64,000 nucleotides of DNA from Antedon mediterranea (taxonomy: Eukaryota > Animalia > Echinodermata): contig NC_092678.1 of NCBI RefSeq assembly GCF_964355755.1, positions 12,584,352-12,648,351 on the forward strand, read 5' to 3'. A program made the translations under genes and the position numbers. The notes beneath the pieces were generated by a model that searched no databases, was not told the DNA's origin, and was given only the letters and a program-made list of their open reading frames with translations. Each line of letters begins with the position of its first letter. Within the stretch, counting starts at the first letter, position 1. Of the stretch, positions 15,501 to 27,400 are shown in pieces.

Positions 15501-18500
15501 GTATGTATCAGGGCCTCTTTTGCAACTTGTAGATGCTATAACTACGAGAATAGATAGTGGTGCGGTAGACGCTGTTCATCATCATTGTCAATATTCTTTA
15601 GACGAGAACTGCCTTCTGCCAATTGATGTCACTGGAGAGAATATAGTAAGATATCTGCAAATGTTTTGGAAACATTTGAGTATATAACATATAACACTGA
15701 AGCATAATACTACTTGCAAACAATTATTTTAATACATTTTTAGAGCCCATGACAAGTAAATGTGTATATAATAAAAATGTTTAAGAAGGTCAGATAATCC
15801 CGCAAATATTTAATTATTAGCCAATCCGATAAATACTGAATTTCCACACAAATTCAATGGCATTTTTTTTTCAATTTAGAATTTGAGTTTGGTAGTTGAT
15901 GAGGAAAAACAAGAGATTGTGAAAGTAAACAGTTGTGATACGCTATTTCAAGTAAAACAAAAACTGTTAAATGTTATGTTTAAGGAACAACCTTTTTCAA
16001 AAAGACCCAACGTTTCACACGTTCAGTTAGGTGAGTACACCAACAAACAAGCAATTTAATTGTATCTTGCTTCTTTATTCTGTAGATTTCAATTAAATAC
16101 ATAATAACCTTTTTTTTCTAAATCTAGAATGGAGAGTGAATGTAGATCAACGAATTATTTTACAAGATACCGATTTACAGACAGAAAGAAAACTAAAAAC
16201 AATTGCAGATTTTGGAGTAATATTACTGTAGTATTTTTTGTTTTGTAATAAATTAACTGTTAGAAAAATGTATTAAGCCTATAATAATAGGCTCAATAGA
16301 CATAGGTTGTGTATAGGCCGGACGTCAGTTGACACAAGCTTAACATGACGCATGCACCTTAACTAATTAATAAAAATACTTTTCTACACCAGCACGTTAG
16401 CAAACAAATAAATCAATCACTAGTCGGATCTTAAATTTGAAAAATTATTTTTTTTTCAGATTCAAAATAATGCAGTGGTAGCGTTTGTAGACGTTTGGAA
16501 GGAAGATATCAACGCGTCAGACCAGTATGATACAATTAAGCAACCAATAGTTGCTAGATATGGTAATAATGATAATATGTATTGGTATACATACTACATT
16601 CCAATTGAACCTAAACCAGAATCTACTAATATATTTCAACTTAAAAAAGAATCAGTTTCTTCTTATTTTATGTAATTATAATTGTTCAATAATAAATTAA
16701 TAATATAAAAAAACAAACAATACTGTTTATAAAGTCACGGCCATTTATGTACTGAAGATTTCTTATTGGTAGTACTTTTTATTTCGGCAAACAGATTAAC
16801 AAACAACATCAAAAAGCTTTATTCAGCCAATGAGTGGCAGAATAGACCAATTTATTTGTTGTTGTTTGTGCCATTGCTTTATTATTGTCTATGATCTAAC
16901 TTTACTTTTTAAGAAACTAACATCTACCAAACATCAATCAATGAAGATGGCACTTTCCACATTGTGAGTGATTTTAGTTCAAATACTTTCAAACATTTAC
17001 AGTCACCATTAATTGAATAAACAACAAACAATTGATATAAATACATTTTATTGCTTATTGGACATCTGGTAATGAACTGTGAACTAAATATTCATTAAAG
17101 TAGCTTTACGCTAGTCGATAATTTGACTACACATCAGTTACTGTTGGTCGTTTAGGCGTTCTAGTTAAGAAAATATATTTAGCATACATTGCTTGTCATA
17201 ACTAGAGACTTGGCAAGTGTAGTTGGTCAGTTTTGATTTTGAAATTGACTTTTTTTAGTTGGAAGGAAATGTGTACACGGGTGCTTATGATGCAATGGAC
17301 GGCGAGAAGCCAAATATTGATGAATCCATCTTTGAAAGGTTAACTGAAACTAAGGTAGGAATAAATAAAAACAACATTTGTTGATTTAAACTATTTTTAA
17401 ACAGTTGGGTTTTAATAGGATGCAACTTGACATGCATATGAGACGTATCACTCTAATGTATCTTGTTGTTGGTCAAACTTGTATTGTCCGTCTATTGTGT
17501 CCTCGAAACTTTTTTTTATGGGAGTAAACCCGCTTTTATTGTTGTTCTGCATATATCGAACATCATTGGTTTGGTTTTCCTTAACATTTTACAGTAATAA
17601 GTATTATTATTATCTCTCAATTCCACAGCAAATTTACCAACAGCATGTTGACTCCATAATGAATAATGTATTCAGCTCATCATCGAACAACATCCACCTA
17701 CCGCTATTTGTTAAATATCTTTTTGATTTTCTGGATAACATGGCGACTAAGCATGGTGTTAGTATCAATGAATTGAAGATATGGAAAAACAACAGGTATT
17801 GAAATTGCAATACATTGCATGTTAGAAAATGATATATTTAGGTTTTACTCAAAGCTCACAATGGTGTATCTACGATTTACATCGAAGAATTGGCTCCTAA
17901 GATGTCTGATTATTTAACATTAAAAGAAACAAGGTTAAGAAATTTAAATTATAAATATTCAAAATTCAAATTAAAAGTGTAGGCCTAATAATTTATGTTT
18001 ATATATGAGCGTTTATTTCTTCTTTTATAATGAGCATTTTCCAAATTATTTGTCTTACAATTTCAATATCAGCACGTATTTCTTCCATTTTCATACAATA
18101 TAATCAAAATAGCAAGAAAAATCAGAAGTGGACTAGATCAATAATCATATTTTTATCCTTTTTTAGTTTAGCTGAAATGTTTTGGTTAAGAATTCTGAGA
18201 AACCCTGCTTATGTCTGTGACATTCAACAAACGCCCCCTATTGATATTACTCTCGGTGTCATCTCTGCTGTTTTCCGAGAATCTTGGTCAATTGAGCTGT
18301 TTGGTTTTAAAAAGGTAAAACGCAAAAGTCAATGTAATTATTTTTATATTGTATGGCTGCGTATTTTAATGTGCGACGACATCTTACCGAGACCGTTTAA
18401 TGAATATCAGTTTACTACTTTAGCTTCTGTTCAGAATCATATTTGTTCATATTATTGCTTTAGTTTTATATTTGCACGATTTTGTTGAAATTAAGAACTA

Positions 18501-19731
18501 ACTGTAGACCTACAGTTTGTCCAAATCTGAAATATCATAAATACACTTTGTTTTGATTATTTGGATTCTAAACCGTCACATTCGCTTCACTGTTTATTCA
18601 TGTAGACCACCCTACAGTTTCAAAATTATAATTAATATTTATATCTTTATACATATTATTATGCAAGCAGTTACAAGCTACCGTACTGAGTTTTAATAAT
18701 TATTTTGTAATATTTCATCAGCCATTTAATTTAAAAGTCTATTTTTGGTGGAAGTCATGCCAAGTTTGTTCTTTAGTGCTTTTTTAACTTTCATTCTTTA
18801 TTTCAAAGAGTTCGCCAAGTCATCGACAGATGTATGTAAAAGAGATTCCACGATACCGCCAACTTGTTACTAAGTTCTATAGTGACATCAAGCATACCCC
18901 AACTTGTGATCGCATGAACGTTATCGATGAAGTAAATTCTCTTATACAGGTATGTAAAAAGACTATCAATATTGCTATTTCTCAAAGAAACTAATAGGCA
19001 TTGGTTGAGGCATATGTCAATAAACAAACATATAAACTAATAGGCATTGGTTGAGGCATATGCCAATAAGTACAAACATAGAAAGAAATAATGGTAAAAT
19101 AATATACTAATACTAATGTTTTTTATTCTCAGCCATTTAGCACATTGTTTAAGAAGTCGAGTGTGTTAGTGAATCTTCATTCATTTACAGTTAAATATTT
19201 AAGAGAGGTAAATATAAATAAATTATATACAGATATTTTTATAGTGTACCAGCAGAAAAAGAGTTACTGATCTATACACGTCGGATTTACTATACTGTAC
19301 TAAACAGTTGAACTAATAGTGAACAATTAGAGTACTACAATCAACACTTTTTCATGTATTAAAATTAAAAAAAGGCTTTCCATTTTATTATCCGATTTAC
19401 ACACCAAATAAAATTAATTATTACATGTGTCTTAGTAAAACAATGTGCATTTCAACATCATTCTGCCTCTAACATTTATCATTTGAGTAAACGTTGTTAA
19501 TATTTTAATATTTTAATTAAATATCAGGTTAAAGACGCATTCCTTAAAGGTACAAATAGAAATGAAAGTACTGTTGAAGTTTTTACAACAAAAGTAAGTA
19601 AGTCGTCGTCGTCGAAGGAACAAGCAGCGTATGTCAACTCAGAAATCCAGCATTGTCGTCGACACAATCAGAAAAGAAGAGAGGACTTAGGTGTGATCAT
19701 ACTTTCTGATGACACAAACGCTGGCTGCTAA
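509..19731 (+). CDS. Plexin paralog 1 (end of Sema, 3 PSI, IPT/TIG repeats, TM, GAP-RBD-GAP); 5' end outside window; one in-frame TAG at 8792-8794
   Basis: Phase-consistent GT-AG exons: 509-637, 955-1067, 1237-1354, 1649-1805, 2203-2299, 3970-4084, 4482-4619, 4933-5034, 5698-5785, 7656-7822, 8106-8278, 8695-8794, 9968-10104, 10431-10595, 11326-11413, 11641-11910, 12465-12623, 13033-13231 (TM), 13670-13848, 14148-14266, 14517-14582, 14810-14884, 15093-15162, 15499-15645, 15880-16030, 16128-16216, 16460-16562, 16914-16963, 17259-17354, 17629-17795, 18167-18314, 18809-18949, 19133-19207, 19528-19731. Motifs: [57 protein letters not shown]. End of the last exon is less certain (alternative donor at 19594). 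Confidence 0.92.
6090..6540 (-). mobile_element. Penelope-like element remnant (RT/GIY-YIG linker region plus decayed hammerhead)
   Basis: Minus strand reads MKNCGYPSWTVDKVK...GYIVLPYIKGLSEKINRTLYTHNIGTFF, typical of PLE proteins, followed by CAGATAA-AGACT...AGTC-GAAACGTC at 6118-6158. Confidence 0.75.
8315..8480 (-). mobile_element. SINE remnant with Deu/Nin-domain-like core
   Basis: Minus strand CTTTCGGATGAGATGTTAATCCGTTGGTCCTGT resembles the DeuSINE core CTTTCGGATGAGACGT.AA.CCGAGG.CC (recalled consensus). Confidence 0.5.
8993..9632. repeat. 20-bp pyrimidine-rich minisatellite (TTTTCTTCTACTTTCACTCT)n, about 30 copies, intronic
   Basis: Directly visible tandem array, followed by two copies of a ~59-bp unit (9640-9770). 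Confidence 0.95.
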
Positions 19732-20812
19732 TAGGAGTAAATAAGTTTTTGTTTATATTTGCAAATACGTACGTACGTACGTTTGTCTGAATAACTATGG
19801 TAACTTTAATTTAGTTCACTAAAGATTTATAGCTACTTAAATAGGCCTATTATAAGTACCAGTAGGCCTAGAGATAAAAACGTTCACTGACCATATAAGA
19901 AAATGTGTATAATAAGCTTTTGACCAATACTAATTAACATTAAATTACATTTCTTAAAATCTATAGTAAATATAAATGGTATTGTATAAATAAATATATT
20001 AGAATACGCAGAAATCCAGTTTCAATATGCATAATGTAATGTAATAAATTTATTTCTTTTAAATATTACCATATATTAATAATAATTATATAAGTGCTTC
20101 TAATGTTAATAAAATGAAAGTTAGTGTATGTGTGTCATCCACACCTATGCGCAATTCAACTTAGTTAGGCTGCAAGACACATGTTATTCTCTCGCATTTA
20201 CATTTACCGATGCACAAAATATTAGTTATCTCTGTAAATATTCTAACAATAAGTATTTTAAATTTGAGTAATATTGATATTTTTTTGCGTAGCTATAAAC
20301 ATACTAGCATACTATTATTCATTTAATCACGTGACAACACATACATTGGATAATATAAGTAAAAATAATGATCTAAAATTCTTTTGATGTTGAATATGCC
20401 ATTTTCATGTTACATAATAGGTAGCCTATTCACTTTGACTAAAATTTGGATAAAAACTTATTACCTGAAAAAAAAATTGTAGGCCTAATTTAAAGCAAAA
20501 AAAAAAAATCAAATTGGCTGCCAGCCAGGGGGTTTCGGTTAAATTTAACCGTTTAATTCGTCTCTTTATAAGTAGAATCATTTTGTTTGTTCGTAAGTGA
20601 ATAACTTTATTAAAACTTTAAAATGGCCTATTCAAAGTCTGATTCCATGTTTTATGGAGTTAGGGTTAATAAACAAGATTTATTATCAATTTTCAAATCA
20701 TAATATATTATAACCAAATATAAAATGAATGAAATGAATAAAAATATTACTGAAAAATACCTGCTACATATCACAAATAGAAAGTGAAAAATATATTAAT
20801 AATAGTTATTTT

Positions 20813-21229
20813 CATTGAGATCCAGCCACTGATACCCACAGCATTGTAATTTTTTTCAGTAATTTGCCTTTGGATTTATATATATATTTTCTACTGTTTG
20901 TATCAATTTTGATCTGATTTTGCTGTAATTATGGAGGGTAATTTGGATAACTTTACCAAATTACGTCGCCTGTCCGAGAAACGTGTAAGATATTTATTTT
21001 ATTCCTGTCCACCCAGGCAGCACTTGCCAGCTTTATACTATGACGTTATCCAAATTCCTTCACTTGCACTGATGAAGGGCTAGTGTTGCCCGAAAGCTCT
21101 GCTAACTTTTCTGGCTGTTTACTTTATCGTTTTGATTTAGCTTTTCGCTTTTTATTTTTGTATCTCCATTGAGATCCAGCCACTGATACCCACAGCATTG
21201 TCATTTTTTCAGTAATTTGCCTTTGGATT
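20813..21229 (+). mobile_element. Retrozyme / Penelope pseudo-LTR-like insertion: 354-bp unit plus ~63-bp terminal redundancy, with target-site duplication
   Basis: CATTGAGATCCAGCCACTGATACCCACAGCATTG...GCCTTTGGATT occurs at 20813 and 21167. TAATAATAGTTATT is duplicated at 20797-20810 and 21229-21242. Contains a hammerhead core. Confidence 0.75.
21066..21102 (+). ncRNA. Minimal type I hammerhead ribozyme
   Basis: GCA-CUGAUGA-A-GGGC(uaguguu)GCCC-GAAA-GCUC-UGC: conserved core boxes, 4-bp stem II, palindromic AGCU stem III, short GCA/UGC stem I; predicted cleavage after C21099. Confidence 0.75.
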
Positions 21230-21434
21230 AATAATAGTTATTAGTAATAAATTATATTTTTGCGTATAACAAGGTGATGCATTTCCAAAAATATGTTTTA
21301 GTGCTCAAAATGCAAATATTACTAAAAATACAGTAATAAAATTGTAAATATTGTTATATTTTAAAATACAATAGGACAAATTCTTGTTTGCGTAATACTT
21401 TCGAAAGCTGAATAGAACTTCGAGTTGGTAGGTT

Positions 21435-24400
21435 TTAGCAGCAGTCTTTTTTCATTTTCAAAACGTTGTTATACTTTAGGCCACTATCATCATCTGTTAA
21501 GGAGATAGAAATTACAATTGTTATTATTACATAATACCACAACTTATTATATTATATGGAATTATAATTATATTATTATGTTTATGAAAATAAAAGAGAC
21601 ATTTTAATTAGTATTTTTATATATTTTCCTATCATCCTAAGGATGAACATATTGCACACAACGTCTCACACTGTACGAGTCATTACAACTCGAACATATT
21701 GCACACAACGTCTCACACTGTACGAATCATTACAACTCGAACATATTGCACACAACGTCTCACACTGTACGAATCATTACAACTCGATATGCTTTGACCA
21801 AAATTAAATATTACGCAGTACTTAAAATAATATAGTCTTTTTAGTGAATTTCCACATGGATATACTGGCAACGCATTCACAAGCATTTAAAATGAGCTAG
21901 CACTTGTGATTTGTCAAATTACTCTTGCGTTGTGCGTACGTCTTTGCATTGCGCACCAACCATTATATCATTCTTAACTTGTCGTAAGCTTCATAAAAAC
22001 TTGAACGGACGGAAGTCTGCGTCGTTTTATTAATAAATGGAAACATTAAACAAAGAATTGACAGGACTTTGTCCGTAAAAAGAAAAACATGTAAATGTAG
22101 CTGTATACGGGACCTATTTTTAGTGATAAAATTAAGGTAACAATAATAACTCACATAGCCAGTTCCCCTCATTAGATCCAGCAGTCTTGAAATCTGGCAA
22201 CGTTTTTGATGAGTCCCACTTGTCCTTACTGACAAACTGCCAAGTTACTCCATTATCTTTACTACGCATGTAACTGCGCATATCCTTGTGAATTCCATAG
22301 ATATGCCCTTTGGATTGGTCCGAACCAATAACGTTGTGGAGGTACATTGGCAGTGCTATTGACGAACAATGTAAATTATGTGTATTTAGGTTCAAAGAGA
22401 ATGATTTAAACGCAATTTATCAAATTAATTTCACTGTTCACCATCAGAACTAAGGTGAAGGCGAACCTACTTTGGATTTTCGCCGATTAAATAAAATGGA
22501 TATGGTTTGAGGCGCTTCTGCTCTTGATTCGATATAGGATAGTGGTTTTTGGCAGCTGAAAGTTTTTAAGTGTGTAGAGGTCCATGGTTCAGTGCTACCA
22601 TTGGGGTTAAAAAATATTAAATCATTAAACTCACCTTTCCATCTCCCGTTTGGTGGATCATCTTGTACATAACAGGACGGAACAAACTTCTGGGATAGAC
22701 GTCCATATGAAGGATTACAAGCAAAAATGATGTAGTTAGCTGGATCGTTCAATTTCTTAGTTATTACAAAACCCCGATCATAATAATCTGTCAACATAAA
22801 AATGCAATGTGGGCAATGTATGAGTTATTCGTTGGCTCTTGAAATAAATTTAAATAATGATACACGTGCTATACATTGCAGTAATAACTGATTTGTATGG
22901 TATTTAAAAAAATCATGTGGAATATAAAGTTACTACACAAAGACAAGTTCACACATCACTGCATAAAACAAATGTATGGCATTGTATATTAAAGCTCTTT
23001 CTATTAGTGGTAAGTGAGTGTGGCATTGCTAATAATCGCACGTGCAGGCGTCAACACTAAATACCCAGACTTGGAACGTAGTGTTTTGGATGTTATCAAT
23101 TATGGCCCCCGTAAAAAAAAGTTTTTTTTCTTCAAAATATTAACTGATTTGTTTATTAAAGAAAGTACCTGAAACTGGACAGTTACTAGAATCTCTGACA
23201 CACACAGTATGCTTTCCGTCTTCGCATTTATGGGCACCAGCTACACAACAATCACACTGGTTAGATCCCAAGTCGTAATGGCAGACACATGTCTGAGTAT
23301 TAGCCCACTTGCTGTACCTCATCACAGTTTCTTTAGCATAGTTTGATACACGTATCTCTGACGAATAATTATGTACTCTCTTTTATTTTGTGTTTAGAGT
23401 TCAATTTGGTTCCATTTTATTCGAATACACTATTAAGAACGTGGTGCTGGTTTGTAGGCTTAAAAACTGTTTTACTAAACATTGAATTGATTAAACTAAG
23501 AATACTCAAATAAATCAATGGATAAATTATTATTTTTTATATAACATCTTGATTTACTTTGAAACGACCAACTTTGGCGCTTTTCCAATTCGTTCAATAC
23601 AGTAGCTATGTAATCTTTATACTACCTTGAGACATAGAATATTCACAAATGGCTGGTAAGATAGCGGTACACTCCATAACGTCCCAGTCTCCAAGATCAG
23701 TACTGATGTCGTCTCTTGTGTCGTAGATCTCTATATAAGCCGCAGTTCCACAGTCTTTATTCGAGCTTGTCCCGGGTCTGTTAGGTAGCCATTTTGTATA
23801 TGACGCTGATGAACCGTCTGTCCACTTGAACTCATCACCCTAGTAGTATGAAACGTAATAATTTCTATATAAATTCACGTCATTCGATTAGCCATGATAT
23901 ATCTTCAACCATACTTCTTTTATTACATCGTTTTGTTCATGGTATCGTTTTTAAAAAATTATTATCCTTTAACAGTAATAAATATAAAAATATAATAATA
24001 TAATATAATACTTACTCCAACGTCTTTCAAACCAATCCAATATCTGTAAGGAGATTGTATAGAAACAAGGCCCCGAAGAAATTGTTGTTCAAAAGCATCT
24101 TTGATCATGACTAATTGAGCAGTGTCTGCTTCACAAGCGGCCTTTGCTGCATCCCAAGTTTCTAGCGTGTCGTTGAACACTTGTAAGGTGTATAACCATG
24201 TCGACATACATCTTAGATTTTAAAGTTAATAGTATAATAATTCACTTCGCAAAATGATCGATATTTTCTCTAAATATGACATTATTACTATTTAACGCCA
24301 TGGGCAAATTCCAAGATTATAGCGTCAAATATTATGTTTCACATGTGACGACTTTTAGTGCGATTTGGTTTAACATTGCTAAAAGATAAACATATGGCAT

Positions 24401-27400
24401 GCCATAGGTATACGTGAGCTAGAATCAATGTGGTTGAGCTCTTAAAAAAATACATAACATAAACAGAAGACTTAGGGCTATGTTAAGACATTTGTGTCAT
24501 GTATTCGTGATAATAGAAAAGATGTAGATACAGTACGACAAATGTGTACTGTATAATTACATTGATTGTAAACGAACAAACAGAAATCAAATGTAATGAA
24601 ACTAGAAAATAAACTAAATTAAACGATGTATGCACACATCTAGTTCCAGAATTATTTAAGCATGTAATAAATTACCATTCCCTACAGTAACATAGTATCT
24701 ACATAAACTTTCCAGAATAAGAGTATGTTTAGATTTAAGAAACCATGTATAATTAATATAAGAACAATTAGGAATATTCCAGAAATATACTATTAATAAA
24801 AAACTGTAATCCAATAGAGTAATAATAATAATGATCTGGAATGTTATGAACATATTGTATATAAATGGAAGTATGACATTTGTAATGAGGGAGAAGAAGA
24901 ATTTTTGATTGAAGCATTTATTTTGAAGAAGGTTGGATATTAGATTGTAAAAGTTATTGTGAAGCTGTTGTTTAAAGTATTTACTGGATTGTTGAAAGTT
25001 GAAGTTCGTTGATTGAAATTAACTTTGAGTTATTTTACAACTTTAAGGATTTCGTTTGTATACTTTTATGTCACAAGGGAGTTCCTAAAGTATTTTCAAC
25101 CGCTCGAAAACATACGTAAAATGAGTTCGTGACAAAGCATAGGAGAAATATTACCAATCTTTGGATGAGTTTATAGCCAATAACAAACATTTACGCTTAT
25201 TCAATTACAACGATTTTGTTTTAGGTTCTGAAATGTAACGCTTACCACCACATCCAATATCTGGTCTGTCCGAATACTCAAATTGAAAAGGATTGGTAGA
25301 ACCTAGAACTTTTGAGCTAACCGTTGAGTGCCACAACAAATCAGCCACCCCGACAAAACGTCGAGTGCCAGGAGCACTTTTACCATTTTTGTCGATTCCC
25401 AAGCGTACACGGAAAGTTGGCTTTGCGGCAATTTGAATGGTTCCAAGCTGTAAAATAAATAAAGCCTTACTAAATTTTCTATCGCCCTAGTTACTATTTT
25501 CTTCCTTTTGGAAAACTGAAAATGAAAAAAAACACCCACACCAATCGTGTTGAAATAAAGTAATTTATGTAGGCCGAAAGAACATCTGTCAAGCCAAGCT
25601 TGAATTTTTCCTTGCTGATATTAGACCAACGGTTATTTCTTACTTATTATTATCATTCTGAGGAGGATGCTCGAAATATGAATTATATACCGCAACTTTA
25701 TTGCAAAATAACTTACATTAAATCGAACAGGAGTTGGACCAGGCATACTTGTGTTTACCACTGGCGGCTGCAACAGCTCTGTGTATTCCGATTCAATGCT
25801 AATATACTGGACGTTTTTCGACGTCATTATTGTAAAAGTTACGTCTACCGCTTTTCCTGTTGAGTTCCCATCATGCCATATTTTAATCAATAGTATCACA
25901 TCTTCACTATAAACATAGACCAGAATACAATGTTAATTTGATATGATATGTTAATTATAGAACACGGAGAGTGATTTTAGGAATACAAACATGTAATCTA
26001 ACCGTCAATTCCTTGTTTCCAAATCATTAGTTACGTTTAAAGTCATAACAATTTCATCAACAATAAACATTCAATTAAATAATGTACATCAAACAAAAGT
26101 AATGTTTAGAAATTATCGGTATTTACATTCGTTTTCTAAATACCAGCATTATTTATAACAGACGTTACCGTATCAGCTAAAGTATCATCGTATTGCTGGA
26201 TGATTAGATGACTAGTAAATATTCTGACGATGATTGTGAATTTGATATTATTTAGAATCAGTAGGTTGTTTATATTTTCAACCTTGACTGCCAATCCAGT
26301 TTCTACATTTTTGGTTTAGTCTATACTTTTATTATATTAAAATAAACAGTTTTATCCAAGAAAGACGCATACCGTTTTACTCACCCTTTATAAAATGAAT
26401 TAGTTTCGTATAAAATCTTAAATGACATCTTCGGTTCTTGGACTTTGTTAATCAATGTATGGACAGGTACTTCTCCAACCCAGATGTGAGTACCGTCACC
26501 AATCTGCATTCCTATTCCTAACCAGTGCTCAGAACCATTGACTACTTCGTCTGTATCGTCTAGAACAACTTCTACTTCAAACGCTAAGACGTTATTGGAA
26601 GCGTCTTGGTCGGTCACCTCGATAAATCCGTCAATCCGCGTCAACGACCAGTCTTTAAGAATGCCATAGACATCATCCGTGGCAATGTACTGCGTCTGAA
26701 GAGCATAATAACAGAACTCTGTCGAGTATGTACAGCATAAAGAGTCACTAACAAATGAAACCGACACTTTGTTAATACTCCACTGGTTGCTTGTCTTGTT
26801 TGTTGAAAAGTTGTATGGCAGCGTGACTTCAATTATGGGATCGGCGGTTCCTCTTGGAAACTCAACAACAAGGTTTATATGCACCGTTTGACCAACGTTA
26901 ACAAAAACGTTACCATCTTCAGACTGGTCGGTAACGTTCATCAAGAAATGCGGTAGTTTGCTGAAACCGACATTGACAGGTTCTTCTGCGGAGACTAAGC
27001 CGGGGTCATTAATCTCAGCCTTAATGTTAACTCGTAGATTAACTCCAGGTTTCACATCAGCTATAACAAGATGTACAGATATAATAAATTGAAGCATGAA
27101 TATGTAGTAAATAACAGTTTTTTTATGACTCCCCCACAAACTAAAAAAAAAAACCTGATGGAGAAAATATCATTTTCTTTTATTTATAATTATAAAGCTT
27201 TTTAAACATTCTCTAGTACTTTTTAGACAGGATGGTATCTTTTGATGCACCTAGGTTGTAGATAAGAACCTTAAAACATTGTTAATCATCATCATTAATA
27301 GTAGTCAGATGTTTTGAAGTAACTTGTACTGTATACTAACACTTGCGACAGAATTAGCAAGGGATGCTCGGGACAGTAAACGATTCAACCATTTTAATGA

